NCBI GenBank assembly: GCA_030704615.1
Contig: CM060732.1
Location: 26,846,001-26,910,000 of the forward strand
DNA length: 64,000 bases
Source: Takakia lepidozioides
Lineage: Eukaryota > Plantae > Bryophyta
Reading direction: 5' to 3'
Part shown: positions 22,700 through 37,050 of the stretch, one piece after another
Position numbering within the stretch: the first letter of the stretch is position 1
Layout of the letters: each line of letters starts with the position of its first letter
Program-made: the position numbers and the translations under genes
Notes under the pieces: model-generated
Seen by the model: only the letters and a program-made list of their open reading frames with translations
What the model was told of the DNA's origin: nothing
Database searches by the model: none

Positions 22700-25600
22700 T
22701 ACAATCTAGAAAGATGAATGGCTTACGAATTGGACTATGTATGGCTTGACCCATGGATTAAATTTCAAAGGGTTAGAACATGTGTTAGGGTTTTAATACT
22801 GAATGGATGTGGGACATTGCTAGGGCGCCAGAGCATGACATTCCATGCATTCACGCCATTGGATGCCAAACTTTTTTTGGCACGTTGGACCAAGGTTTGT
22901 ATGCGTTCACGAACTGCCGACCTTGCTCGTTGCTCGGTTGACCTTATTTTCCATAATTGCTAACTTTGTGGGGTGGAGGGGCTTGTGTTAGGCTGCAACT
23001 GGAGGCACCTCTCCATGCAGCAGTTTTCGTACTAGAGGTGAGCATGCATGCACTTGTTGGCTATCAGTTCTGTACAATGTGGCCATTTACATGTTGGGTA
23101 CTTCAAACTATTAGTAGATGCATTGCTAAATGTAACTGCTAAGGGGTGTTGGGCGTGATGTTTGCAGGCTGAGAAAGCCACTCTTGATATTGCCACCAAC
23201 AGTGCACCAACTACGGCGCATTCAAAGGCAACCCCCAAATATCAACCCCCTGCCAGAGTGGCAGATATTCTTATGCTACCAAAAGTACTCTGCACTTTGA
23301 GTGATTGCTTATACTGGACGGTCCTCATTATCTAGTTTTCAATGTACATGTAAGTCTTCATGGGTTGATTAATGTGGGTTTTATGGTGGGTGTTGTGTGC
23401 AGTTTAAGTTGAAGGACAAAATCAGCCTGTATGATCCTCATTTACCACGACACAGGGCTGCTAGTGGAATTGTCACTGGTGTGCCTGGCAAAGACGCATA
23501 TCACTGCCGTGTTATACCTGAAGGATTGTGGTGGGTTGAGGTGAATGATATCTATTGCTGAATGTGGCGTTTGGCCGCAGGTCCTTCAGTGCTGCGTCTG
23601 CATAAAGTGGCTGCCACTTATATAGGTGGGGTTGTGTATAGTTGGCCATGTGTTCATAGTAATTTTTTGTTTGTGTAGCATTTGGGGGGTAAGGTGGTGT
23701 GTGTAGGGTAGGGGAGGTGGTCAAGCATCGAGGGAACCAGTGCTGGGGCTGTGTGCTGGGGGTAGTTGTTATAGTTAGTTATTCCTTAATTTTTTTTTTC
23801 TTAGGTCCGTGAATGTATCTAGTCTGTTTTATGGGGAGAAAGCTTTGGCATTGAAGTAGCCAGCATGTATAGTGATAGGAAGACCTTGGAGCAATTGGTG
23901 TTATTACATCATGATGCAGTAGTAGACAAGTAAAATTCATCAGGTGATCAGCAGGCTGGTTGTTGTGGAGCCACCCAGTGAGGGAGTGTCGTCTGAATGT
24001 GAGACAGTGGTCGTAATTGGCTGGAGAGATAGTCCTTCCAAATTGCTTGTTAGCATACTTCAGTGAGGGGATAGGTAGTTGGTATATTGTGTGATCAATT
24101 TGCAGCGCACAGTTTTGATTTCCGAGTTGTAGTGTGGGTATAGGAGTTAGGGACAGAACATGGTGTAGTGGTCGTGTTTTCAACCTAGGTATGGCGTTGG
24201 TGGCCACTTTTTTATTTTTGTAGATGGGTGATAAGCAGTAAGGTAGTGTAGTCAATGATAGTGAGCCCGGGTGCATAGATTGGCTTATGGAGCAGCAACT
24301 AGTACAATTTAATCCATTAGTGTGATGAGTTGCTGGGGTGAGGACAACTTGGATGCAGGTATAGGGCTTCAGGCACTGAGATACAAATTTAGAAGTGATT
24401 CTGTAACGACTTTTTGTGTGGAGGCTCCTGTATTCTTTAATATGAAGAGGTTTGTGTTGTCTAGAAGTATTTTTGCTTCTTAGAGGGGGGCTTTGTGAAT
24501 GAGGCCTTATTATGTCAAGGCAGTTGGGTTGTGGGCCACGGTAAGTGGTTTTTTTTCTGATAAATAATGAACTGTGTGCATAGGTGTGATTCTGAAGAGG
24601 TATTGCTTGCTTGCAAGATTGCAGATTGCAAGGATGTAAGATTGCTACTGGCATCAATGTCTCTATAATATAGGGGGTTACATAGTGCTTGTAACTGATA
24701 GCGAAGAGTTGGTTCCTTATTTTGGTGCCTACCAAGAGTAAGATCGTTAACATGGATAATGTTGCATACTCTAAACTTCCATTTTACGGGTTGCCTCTAT
24801 GTGCTGGATGGTAGTCCAGGCGTAGATAGCTGGTGACTGGTAGCTATAGATCTGAAGTGGTAGCCTTGGTGGATGCTTTCATGAGATTGAGGAGAATTGT
24901 TTTTTTCCTGCAAGGGGAGTAAATATGTGATATTGTGATGAGTGCTGATATCGATTGGGGTTAGTATGTCATCAACGGTAACATAGTGCAGATTCAAGAC
25001 AAAGACAAACAAGAGGCATTGCACTATAGATCTGAAGTGGCAGCCTTGGTGGGTGCTTTCATGAGATTGAGGGGAATTTTTTCGGTTCTGCAAGGGGGAA
25101 TAATATGTACTATTGTAATGTAATGGGTGCTGATATCGATTGGGGTTAGTACAAGAAGACAACATAAGATACAATAACTTTGAAGCGAGTTGCTAGAGAG
25201 GGAGAAGAGCAACTTAGCAGAGTAAGTGGGTGAGTGTTGCGTAAGCATACAATAAGCGGTAGGAATGTGAAAGAGGTTACTGATTGCGTAACTTACCAAG
25301 GGTTGCTTGTCAGTGAGGCGTAATATTGGGTTTGGTGAGTATGACACAGCTAGCCACAAGATCCTTCGGGCGGGGTCAGATCTCAATCTCCCCTTGTTGT
25401 TCTTTGGGCTCCAGCTGAGAGGGATATCCCTGGCGATATATCGTTGAGGGTAGGCGAGGCCTGTACTATAGCCACCTGGGTCCCAGCAGTCCTGTGCTGG
25501 TTGAGTTCGCACGCTCCAGGAGTTTGTGGTAAGTTCAGGTAGAACCATGTCTTTGCCTTCGCAGCTCAGCAGATAAGGACCATATATGCTGGTCAGTCTG

Positions 25601-27070
25601 GTTATTTGGGGATTTCCATTCATGCAGATGTGTGGCTTGTAGAAGATCGTGTGAGCCCATAGTGTAAGTGGCTGCCACGACCATGTGCCAGTGTGTGGTG
25701 CCCATAATCCAGTAGTCCACATGTGTCAGGTCTGATCCCCATTCACGGACCACGACAGCGCCAATAGGAAGACCATCAAGCCAAGTGTTGGCTCTGTACC
25801 TATATACTCGTTCTTCTTCGAACTTAATCGCTGGGTAGATGACCAAGTCACCTTCTGTTGCTTGGGCTTGTGCTGCAGGGATGCCGGAGAGCATTTGATG
25901 GTATCCAATGTCGAGCAATCCTCCATGTCCAAACCGCATGAACTGTAGCAGGGTGGCTCATTGTCCATGGATGAATTCGTCCAACCATAGCTTGTTAATT
26001 CTGTGGTGCTAGCTAGCGTGCGTAGTGGCTCCATCATGGTCTTCGAAGCAGATGTCTAGATAGTCCAAGCTCCCGCCATAGCAGGGGCTCTCCTCTAAGC
26101 AACTTTCTCTTGATTTCTGTGGGGGGTAATTTGTAGTTGAAACATTGGTCAACAATTGCTGTGACTCTGCTGAGGGCTGATGTAGGTGGGTACCATCACC
26201 ATTCAAGTGTCTGAGATCTGGCCTTGGAGGTTAGTTTGTTGAATAGTCTGTTAGTTGCCAAGTCGGCCAGTACTTCAAACCTATCTAGCTAGACGCTGTC
26301 TTCTGCTGAGAACTCAGAGATTCCAATCCATTGTGCTTGATTTACTATCGTTGGTTGCCCTGAGTCGACAATATGATGAAGTATGCTCTCCTCGTCTTCT
26401 AGCACTTGGTCTTGGAAAGGATATAGTCCTAGTGGGTAGTTAGGAATTGTATCAGAAGATTGGGGACCAGTCTCGGACCAGTATTTGATGATGGTGCGTG
26501 TCGTGCACAGAATGCGTTAAAAACTCTTTCTTCCTCAGTTGAGTAGCTTGCTGGGTATTCCTTGCTTGTATTATTGTCTTCAGATCCACTGTGAAGTGAG
26601 TCTTGTTCTTGGTTGTTGTGATGTGCTGTTGGAATTGCAAGCGCTGCACCTATGCCATCTGGGTGTATGAAGACTCTGGTTGTGTTAGCGTTCCTGCCAT
26701 ATGGATGTTGTGCGTTGTTTCGTATTGTAGCTGATAGTGGCGCGTTGATATGCAAATTTCGTGCAAAGTTGCTGCTGACCCGTTTGTGTATGACCCCGGG
26801 GTGTGAAGCGAGACAAAGATAGCCGAATGCTAGTTATGATAGATCCGTGTTTCTGTATGAGAACAAAAGTGTAAGATAGAAGAGTAAAGTAGCATTATTT
26901 AGAGGACCTAAAGTTAGCATATAGTTGGGGATGTAGCAGAGATATGCTGACTGGGGAATTACGGCTAAGTCATAAGAGAATTTTAGGTCAGCAGCAGGAG
27001 CTCAGCTTCCACCGCCCCCGACCCCCTTCATTCCCCTAAAACCCTAGAAACTCCGAGAATATATATATAG
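22700..27070 (-). mobile_element. Unclassified degenerate repeat-like region with minus-strand ORF remnants
   Basis: Strong strand skew (G/T-rich on plus), broken ORFs at 25024-26206, and a ~125-bp direct duplication (24844-24967 vs 25025-25150). No diagnostic motif. Confidence 0.3.
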
Positions 27071-28814
27071 ATCTCATAGATCAGATAGACCAGGTAGACA
27101 GACCAGGTAGTTTTATCGTGTTGGCGTAGCTGTATTCTATAAACGCACCACTCCTTTACACCTGCTAATATTTTTTAGTCTCGTTTTGAAAACATATAAC
27201 TTCTATCACCGAGGTTTTAAAAACATAAAACTCCCATGACCGTCAGTTGTGCTCACGCCGTGCTTACGTGAGCATGCAAACGATACCAACCCCCATGGAT
27301 CTACAAGAGGTCAAAATATGTGATGTCAGCCTCTAGTAGGAACCGCCGGACATGAAGAGCTGAGATAACCGCCATTGTTTGAGAACAGGTTCTTTTGTAA
27401 TTTTTTTTGTGTTTGATCTGATCCAAAACTAGTGGCCCAAAGAGGCAGGTATTTAACCTTTTTATCTGACATTTAGAGCCAAAGGTTATAATCCAGATAG
27501 TAACATGTTATTTGGTTCACTCATAGAGACAAGTATAAATCTCCGGTTATTCATGCGAGATCATCAACAAGCCAAGTTTTCTATGGAAGAAATAAACCTA
27601 CCCAAATTCAAAAATGTAATATACTAAAAATGCTTTAAAATGAAACGAAGAGAGGATGACCTACCAACCAGAGCTCCCATCCAAGTAACAACATCCACCC
27701 TACACACCCCTATTGCGATCCACTTCAAAATATACTCAACCGCCCAGAGGCCATCTAGACATAAACTCCTTTTGGTCATAACCAGTGTTGGTCTGGTATC
27801 TTGAATTGGAAATACCAGAAGGGTCCTAGTATGCACTGCTGAATTTTTTTAAGGCAGGTAGGTTTTCCAATAATGCAGCCCTTGAGTTTTTCAAGTATGA
27901 ATCTGGTATGCATAGAGTGGTTTAAAGAAAAAAATCAATCCAGATATGAGCAATGGTATCTGAATGTTAATAACCTAGAAATAAGATGTCGGATATGGTA
28001 TTAAAAAAGTAATAAAATAAAAATGGTACTAGTATTCAAATTCAAAAAAGAAAGAAAAAAGAATTCAAATTCAATATTGAAATGGCCATCTGAACAGTTC
28101 AAATGGCCATTTGAATATTCAAGAAAACCACAAGGGAAACGTGCTCATCTCATAGGATACCAACCCCCATATTAACATGATACCCGAACAGACCTGCAGC
28201 GACGAGTCGAGCTCTAGTAGGGGCTGGGGAAGGAGAACCATAACCGGCATGTGAGGGTTTGGGGGACAGCCAGGGAACTCGATAACCTTATGGTAGGGTA
28301 CTACAAATGTTTACGGGAACAGAGAACAATAGGTTAGGTTAGGAGAGACCCGGGTTGATACTCGGCGAAACCCAGATATCAGACCAACAGTGGTCATAAC
28401 CGCATAGGCTTAACCATTATATTTGTTATCAACTGGCAGGATATTAAAAACAAGAAAGCTCTAAAATCCCGGAACGGACGGATCTCAACACTAAGTTAAA
28501 GTTAAACAATCGTAACCGGCTGATATGGAAAAATCAAATATCCATGCAACACTGGCCATGATATGGATGTGAACTTTGCCATTATTTTAGTAATGTGACA
28601 TTTTTTAAATGGTTTTATTGTTAATAATTTTTTTTTCAATAATTTATATAATTTAGGAAGTTATCTCCTTAAAACAAATATATGTTCCCAATGAGTTTCA
28701 TAGGACCAACCCATGCCATAAGGTTAAGGACCACTCGCCAAGTTGATGCGTAGTCCTTGGCTACCTTGAAAGGGCAGACAAAGGTTTACCACCAACTTTG
28801 TATGGGTAATCTAA

Positions 28815-28945
28815 GCCCATCATGTAGGTAATGGGCACACACCACGTTGGATGTGGTTGTGGGTTCAAACCACGGGCTGGTGTGTCTTGAGATGTCCACC
28901 TTTCAGCTGGAAGGCAGTAGCCCTTGTGGTGAAGAGACACCATAA
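28815..28945 (+). mobile_element. tRNA-derived SINE, degenerate copy
   Basis: B box GGTTCAAACC at 28862-28871; alignable by eye to 52255-52390 (ggtaatggg...ggatgtggttgt.ggttcaaacc...ctggaaggc.gtagc...agacacc). Confidence 0.6.
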
Positions 28946-30699
28946 TTTACGCTCCTTTTTGGAGGTGTGTATATATATAATTAAAAAAAACAAAGTAGAA
29001 TAAAGTTATTGAAAATGAGATATAGCATTTAAGTTGTTTTTTTGTTTTTTTCCAACAGGCGTTCGCCATTTAGCTTAGCTTATTAGAGAGGAAAAAATTA
29101 AACCCCTTTGATGCTATAAGGCAAAGAACACATCCATTGGATGAGGGACGAGCCCATACCCCCTTAATGGCGAAAACTTGTTGTTTTTTATTTGAAAAGG
29201 GAAACACAAGGGAGCGACAGCTCACAAATCAGGCCCCTTAACCCCTAATGGACGAGGCGACCCGTTTCGGGTCGCGTCAAGGTGGGCTACATAATTCATC
29301 CACGATGTAACTTCGTCCTATGACATCAGATGAAAAAAAATTCTGAACGAAAGTTGTGCGCCTTGATGTTATGCACCCGCCTATCTTTATGGCACCCAAA
29401 AAATAAAAAATCCCTGCCGTCAGTGATTTTTTTAATGTGCAGGGGTACCCAAAATTGGGTGGTTCACGGCCCTCCAGCACCTTTGACCGAGTGACGTGGC
29501 AGGCGAAGGGGTGAGGGGGCGATCAAAAGCCGGCGATGGGTTTAGGCATGGGGCTGCATGTCCGCCCGTGCGGACACACCCACGCACCCGAGATAATGAT
29601 GATGACGGGCCCGGCAGGTGGCGGGAGCGGCTGGGTATCTTCTCGGGCACATTCTCCAACCTTCCTTGCACCTTGCTTACGGGCATTTCTCTCGATTGTC
29701 GCTGCTTTATGTTTTTGCTGCGCTTGTTTTTGCTATCGTCGCATGCAGGTGATTTGCAGGGGGGTTTGTATGTGTGCTCATTATGAGCGTAGCTCGAGCT
29801 GCACAGCCACACATTTTCCATGCAGAAAACCAGCGGGAGCTGTTCCGTTTTGCGAGATATGGCCTTGGAACTTGATCTTCCTGCATTTTGTGCATTGACG
29901 ATGCTGTTAGGGTTCAATTTGGAGGCGTTGCTGCTTGTACTATCTGCCGTCGCAGATGCTAATGCGCGCTGATTTTGTGTGTGTTCATGTGTGCTGCATT
30001 TCTGTATCTTCATCTCGCCTGTTTTCTACATAGGCTTGCATTCATTGGGGTGAGTTGGGGTGATCTGTGTGGGGGTTAGGGAATGGATGGCACCTAAACG
30101 CAAAGCCTTGGATGCAGGTGAGCCACCACCAACTGGATGTTCTGAACTTGGCAGGCAGTCAGTATGAAGCCTATCGAGAAAATTATCAGACGAACAAGGT
30201 AGCCACAACCCCCATGTCAAGCTTCTTACAGTTTGTCAGGTCAAAATTGGAAATATTGGCACCAAGTATGAAGGAAAAAGGGTCACATTCTGTGCACGGA
30301 CTTGCCTAGTAAATATATTAGTAGGGACACGATTCAGAAATTGGAAGCCACAGGGAATCAGATAACAGAGCTCTTGAGGCTCGTGACTGATGCCACCTTG
30401 ACGGATGCAGAGGTCCAGCTTTGGTTTGATTTGTAAGGTAGGTAACTGTATTCTTCTGATGTTTTTAGATAGGGTTTTTAGGTACCCTCAACTCACCTGA
30501 AGCTTGGAGTCCAAGTCCTTCTGAAAAGAAGGTTGTCCATGTATTGTTGGCATCAGACCCAGACTTCAAGGGGAATTGTTTTGGTTACTGACCTCCGCAT
30601 AATACTTGAAGTTCAACCCAAATGGTTCTTTCCTGGTGATTTTCTGTACTCTCTTGCAATGTATGTAGCTATCAGGATTAGATGCTTGGATAGGTCAGG

Positions 30700-31184
30700 T
30701 TAACTACAAGGAAGAGAGGGGTAGAGATTGCTGGTATGCACATATGCTACAGCGATAGAGGATTGAGCAAGCAGAGTAAAGATAGGAAACAGGAAGGACT
30801 GGGAGACTAGGGGATGGAAGACCAAAACTGGCAAATCAACTCATAATAAGAACAGTAATGGTACAGAGGGACATTACTGAGAAATGAGAAACGCAAGAGA
30901 AATGACAGACAAGCAGAGAGACCAAGAGCCAGATTGACAAGTGGATGTGCACTTGTGGATTGTTAAAAAAGCATACAATAGTTAAGATTTGTAGTGCTGT
31001 GTTGGATTGGACAGACATGGAACCTCAAAGTCCCACATTGGATGATCTATTCAAGAAGACTCGAACAAAATCGCATATTTATTATCTCCCTGTTACTGAA
31101 CATGACATCGCAGAGAAGCTTTTGGCTAGGAGCCAGACACCCTTGGTGAAGCCGGCTCTCAAGGTTTTAGTAGTGGATGTTTAG
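30700..31184 (+). pseudogene. ACINUS: Fragment of an ACINUS-like gene (C-terminal RSB motif)
   Basis: PTLDDLFKKTRTKSHIYYLPVTEHDIAEKL at ~31033-31122 matches the Acinus RNPS1-SAP18-binding motif LDDLFRKTK..P.IY[WY]LPL. Upstream sequence is broken. Confidence 0.65.
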
Positions 31185-31899
31185 TTGGAATCTCAGAGAG
31201 CATTCCACATCAGCTCATTAGGATGTTTGCATGTAAGTTGTAGCTTCATCCTTGCATCAATCTATGTTGTCTTCTGGATTAGAGAAATATCATCATAGGA
31301 GATGTGAATAAGATTGCCTCTTAGTTGGATCGGAAGATAGACATTCGGAAGAGAGTTAGTCTGTTGCTTGGAGTGAGCCCTTACTGGCAGGGCGGTAACC
31401 AGGGAAGCTCGATTCCATTTTCAGAATGTAAGACAGTCTCTTTGCCAGATGTTGACCTCACTAATGGAGCCTGGGCTGCACCCCAAAGATCTGCCAGTTC
31501 AGCAGCGTTGCTTGTAGGTGATGCTGCCATCACCTGTGACAACGTAGGGAATTTTGTTCTTCTTCGGGCTGTGTACAGAAGCTTCGAGAACGGCTGTGAA
31601 ATGAGGAACAAGCTGCTGGTTTGTGTTGGTGGCAATCTCCTAATGACACGGTGAAATCACTTGAAAATTTTACAGTAGGTTCCTGAAGTAGGGAGGATTA
31701 CTTTCATACGGTTCATCCCCCTGGATGTTTGCCAAATGTCAGATATGCCCTCAGACATGAGGGCATGTTCAGTTTTGGCATGGGCCCACCAAAAACGGGC
31801 TCGTCCATTAGGGGTTAAGGGATAGTTAGTAAAACCAATGTGAACTAAATGTGTTGATATAATTGAAGGGAAAAGGAATTGAATGGAGTGTGGGATTCT

Positions 31900-34800
31900 G
31901 ACAGTCTCGGGCATCACCACTGTCATCTCGGTGGTCCTCTCAATCAATTGTCACAATTGCCATCGTGATGGCCATGTGAAAGCAGACTGCCCCGATTTGC
32001 CAGGGAAAGCGGCGGAACCTTTCAACCCTCCATTCTTCTCTGTGGAAAATCGAGCAACTCCTCACTTCTTTGGTAAGAAAGAGGATGGATTCCTAACCGT
32101 TTCACGGATTCCTTAACAGGATCCCCATCGGTAAGCCCCTTGAAGGTTTATTTGTTGCCTGTCAAGTCGCCGGTCTCTGCTTTTCCCCCTCACCCCCTGC
32201 GGTTTTTGAGCTGGGTGGGGACAACATGGCTAAATATTGTTTATCGCAGCTGCAGTCTTTCTCAAATATCTCTCTCTCCGATATCTCTCTCGCGCCCGAT
32301 GCAGTGCCACCAAATGCGTACGCTTTGGTCAGTATCAAGATCACTCCTATCATAGTTGGGTTCCCTGACAATAACCCAGCCATTCTAGTGTCTGGTCTGA
32401 ACACTTCCACAGCTCCTGGATCTCTGATCTGGATATGAGTAAGATCCTACCATCGCATGAGCTCAACATGGTGATCTCTAAGGTGAATGAAATCTTCTCA
32501 ACCTTGCTTACTAATTTTGCTCTATCTTATGAGACGGCAATGATCTTCTTTGGAGCCTTCCCAGGGGCGGGTAGCTCCTCTACCTTCCCTCATTCTGTTC
32601 AAGTGCTCCCTATTATGTAACTATCTGATGTGCAATTGCGAGATACAGAATTAGGTAAGTTTCCGAAAGTTGTTGATTGCTATGTTGAAGGCCAAAGGCC
32701 GGTTTGTTGCTGAGAAATATATCAATCTTCCGGCCGCTGACTTGCTTGGGACCAAGGAAAACGAAGCTGGATGCAACCTAACCCTGCGATCTTGGCAGTC
32801 CCTGCATACCTGGATCTCATCAAGAAGGCATGGGTGAATGCTGGTGCTGGTTTCACCTCTCCGACGGTTCATTTTAGAAGCTTGAATCTGTTCGAAAGCT
32901 GTGTCAAGCATTAGCAAGATATCATGCCCACGGCAGAAATTTGAGAGAGAAGGCCCTCCTCAAATGCCTGGCCCCATGCCAGAAGGTTTCTGAATCAGGA
33001 TGGGCTTACTCCCAGACGTGGGGCTCCTATCAGCTGACAAAAAGAAATCTGGCTGAACTTATGCATGCAAAATGAGGAGAAAAGCTGGAATCAATTGGTC
33101 TCTACGTGGGGAGAAAATGTCCCGCTACTTTTTTCTGAAAGCAAAGCAGTGAAGGGCTGCTACAACTATTGCTTCCTTTTCCGATGAGCATGGTTCGTCA
33201 ATCTCCAACCCCAAGCAAATGGCTTCTCTGGCAGCCTCACACTTTGCTGGATTATTCAGCTCTAGGGCTTCAATATCCCCCCTAGATTCTGAGGCACGCT
33301 CTAGAGTGCTTGACACCTTCCAGACGGTAGTTACTGAAGCTGTGATTGAGAAGCTTTCAGCTCCCTTTTCCTCCAACGAACTGTCAGAAGCCTTGGCAAG
33401 CCTTGCGTCCTTTAAATCCCCAGGCCTCGATGGTTTACCGGTGGAGCTGTTCAAGCTATCTGGGCTGAGTGTGATGCAGATTTTGTGGCTTTCACTGACG
33501 ATATTATGATGAAAGGTATAATGCCTTCTCAAATATCCCAAGGCGTCGTTACCCTCATTCACAAGAAAGGTGATAGGGAGATAGTGAGTCTCTAAACAAT
33601 TATAGGCCGATTATAACACTTCTGAATTTTGTCTACAAAATCATTGCTAAATGCTTGGCTTTGAGGCTTCAACCTCTCCTCCACAAGTTGATTAATAGGC
33701 CGGAGCAAACAGGGTTCGAATGATTCTATACAATATCTTGCTGGTGAATGAAGCCCTCAACTCTGCCTTTGAGGAAACCAGCCTTTGGCTCTCCTCATGT
33801 TGGATTTCGTGAAAGCATTTGATAACATTGAATGGAGTTACCTTCTGGGGGAAATTGAGAGATGTGGCATTCAAGGAAGCTTCCTTATATGGATTAGTAT
33901 CCTTTTGCAATCAGCTTCCAGTAAGGTTGTGGTGAAACTAAACTGGGAGAAATCAAAAGCCATTAAATCCAGGTTGAGTGACCCTTCAACAACAGCTCAT
34001 TGCCTGCTATGAGGTGAAAATCTGGGCCTCTCTTGGTTACAAGACGGTCAATCACACGTTCTCTTGGGCCATTTAGTTGGTCATGATCTGACAGAGTCTC
34101 AAATGTCTGAGGTCTTGATCACCAGATTGAAAGAAGGGCTGGCTTACTGGTCTTCAATTCACCTTTCAATTGCCGGCAGGGCATTGGTTGCTAACCGAGT
34201 CTTATTAGCATCGTGTTGGTTCTCCTCTTCTGTTTGGGCCCCTGGTGCTGCGATCGTTAAGAGGATAAAGGCACTGACCTGTAATTTCATTTGGGGTGCT
34301 TCCACCCCAGGTCAATCCAGACGAGCACTTGTTGGCTGGAAGCAACTCACTCAAAAAAAGCATAACGGAGGGGTATTATAGACCCTCATTCTCAAATTTG
34401 TGCCTTGCTAGCCAAATGGATCCCTAAGTTTTTACACACTCTCTATCTCCCTCTAGTCTCATTGTTCGCCATCACTTACTGCGTGCTCGCCCTGCATCAT
34501 CCGAGCTCTGGCCCCCATCTTTGAGATGGACTGTTCAGGGGGGTTCCAGCAATTCACACGCTCTTTCTGGATCAAATGCCTGGAAGACTATATGGCAAGC
34601 TTGGTTCTCTCTTCGAGAACAGCTCTACCAGACTATGCCAAAATCTGTGGAGGAAGCTTTAAGACAGCCTTTGTTTGGCAATTATAATAGAGACTCTGAG
34701 CTGTTAGTTAAATGCTCGCCAAGATGGGCATTCTGGGAAGCTGCTGGTATCTCTAATTTTTTCCATCTCTGGGAGGAGGGAGCCCTTATCTCCCCCAAGG

Positions 34801-35560
34801 TTGCGGAGTGTTTCATCTCGCCGAGACGAGTCAGGGTAGGATGGGAGACGGTAACAACTGACCTCCCTATCACATGGGTCTCCCTATCCTCCTTACTGGT
34901 CAACAGAAGAATGCTCCCTGCCTGGTGTGGCCTTCATACGGGTACAACCAAATCTGCATTCTTTGCCATGTCACGGGCAGGCTCCATGCCTCAGGGGTGA
35001 AGTTTTCAGGTTTTCCCTTCTGGCATTCTACACTCTCCCTGCCTAACTACGGTCTTGGAGACCACCTGCTTTGCTATCCGGATTTTTTGTATGGCCACTG
35101 GGGCTGTTAACCCCTCAGCTGCTGATGGCTATCATACTAATCCTTTCTTCATGTGGTTTCTGCAAGCTCCCCTAGCCTTGCTACAATTCAGCCCCGGAGA
35201 ATGGTTTTGGAGAGATAGGGCCCATTCCCCCTTCTTTGCCTACACAGTGAAGCTTGGTTACTCTTTACTAAATCCAATAGTCACACTGGATCAAAGTGGA
35301 ATAACAAACGGTCACATTTGTCGGGTTATCCTACAACATGGAAAGGAATCTGGAAAGATTTCTGGAGGAAGGACCGAGCGGCAAAAAGTTCTCTCCCCTT
35401 GGTTACGAAGCGTTGCCTTCCTCCATCAGCCGTATGGTACTTAAGTAGAGGTTATTTTTTCCTCTTGTAATCCCTGGACTTCGTCCATTAATATATAAAG
35501 TTATGGAGGCCTCCGTCCTTCTTTTGTAAAAAAGAAAAAAGAAAAAAAAGAAAAAAAAGA
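31900..35560 (+). mobile_element. Degenerate L1-type LINE with internal deletions and a poly(A) tail
   Basis: ORF1 knuckle CHNCHRDGHVKADC (~31948). RT motifs KSPGLDGLPVE, YRPI, LDFVKAFDNIEW jump directly to LNWEKS (YADD region deleted). Then LSIAGRALVANRVL...KKHNGG. A-rich tail at 35528-35560. Confidence 0.9.
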
Positions 35561-35566
35561 ATTGAA

Positions 35567-36138
35567 TCAATATATGAAGCGAGACGTTTGTTTTGTTTTG
35601 TTTTGTTTTGTTTGTAGCGTTGTTGAGATCTCCCAAACCGCGGGGCTCCAGCCCCGGTGCTTGGTGCCGTTGGAAAGCCCTTGAGGAGGAGGGGTGCACC
35701 GGCTTGGTCTCATGATTTTTGGACCCGCGGTGTGGGAGATGTGGAATTCTGAGTACTTTTGGTCGCTGAAAATTCGAGAAAAATAGCAAAGTGGGCTCTC
35801 TTGGAGCAGTGATTGGCCCTGCATGTGGGAGATTTGGAATTTCAAGTACTTTTGGTCGCTGGAAATTCACAAAAAATAGCCAAAATGGCAAAGTGGGCAT
35901 TCCTGGACAATGGTTGGAGCCTCGACGGGAGAGATATCAAGGGAAAGGTGTCCGTTCAAATCTGGTCGTAGGCTCTGTGGAAAAAAACTTACTTAGATGA
36001 CAGTGGCTACTTGGGCCAACGGCAAAGGCTACCCCAAAGGTTGCATTTGGGCATAGGAGACACACTTTGATACATAGGGGATTGCACTTGGACTTAGATG
36101 ACACTGGACACTTGGGCCAACGGCACAAGCTACCCTAG
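35567..36138 (+). mobile_element. Non-autonomous Helitron
   Basis: A|TC 5' end at 35567, imperfect GC hairpin tgggccaacggcaca near the 3' end, CTAG|T 3' end at 36135-36139, no TSD. A second 3'-like motif lies at ~36010-36035. Confidence 0.75.
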
Positions 36139-36785
36139 TATAATGAAATTCAAAGGGATTTTTTCCCCTGCAATAATTCAAAGAAAGCTTTAACGGGCTT
36201 CCTCCCCTTTCTCAAAAAGAAAAAGAAAAACGGATAGTAATGAGAAATGAAAATGATTCAGCATTTCTCATTACTATCCCTTTTTCTTTTTGGGGTTGTT
36301 TGTGCTCATTCCCTATGGGCAAGATAACATTATGATCCAACTCTATAAGACTCCCTAAATAACCTCATCAAAAAAGGTATCTTGGTACAATGGATGCTAT
36401 TTATGCGTATCTATTTTTTCGAGATATCCTTTTTGAAAATATTAGACCTACTATAGTCGGTCATCCATAATGGGATGACCGGTTAGAGCCGGTCATCCAA
36501 GTGTGTGGCCGAAGCGTTATAAATATGTAGGATTCAAAATACACATATACGCCGAAAATTCATTATGACCCAACCTTGTATACACACACTTTAGGTTAGA
36601 TATTAATGGCGTTTCATCTTGCATCATCCATGTCCAATGGCGATTGATAATGATACATGCTTGTTTTCATCCAACTTAAAAGCCATCATCCTTAAACATT
36701 AATCATCATGTTTAATGTGTGTAGAACATGTTTAATGCGTCCAAGACCAATTAAACGAAGCCCAGGCCTACTAACTCTCACTATA

Positions 36786-37042
36786 TAATCGGCCCTCCAT
36801 ATGGGAGTAAGAAAAACTATAACACTTAAAGGATTGTAACACTTTAACAGATACAAATTTAGGATCAATGAAAAATAACATTTATAAAGTTCACTCTTAC
36901 ATGGGGAGCCCTAAAAAAAGTTTACGTTAATAGAACCACAAGAAGGGAAAAGAACTACGAGAAGGGAAAAATCGCCATCACGGCTGATGATCTACAGGTA
37001 GTGAAGGTTGGAAGAAAGATTCTATACATGTCTGATGTGAAT
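36786..37042 (-). mobile_element. Right part of the pogo-like element begun at 4602 (inverted)
   Basis: Terminus at 36786-36802 is in direct orientation to 4602-4618. The rejoined junction can read MLRHSHQTCIESFF, like a pogo C-terminal QxxIxxFF motif. Confidence 0.55.
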
Positions 37043-37050
37043 GTCTCAAC

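Noticed and set aside
23779-24753. 324-aa minus-strand ORF
   Set aside because: Composition reflects the C/A strand skew (H/T/P/L/K-rich) and has no motif; probably spurious.
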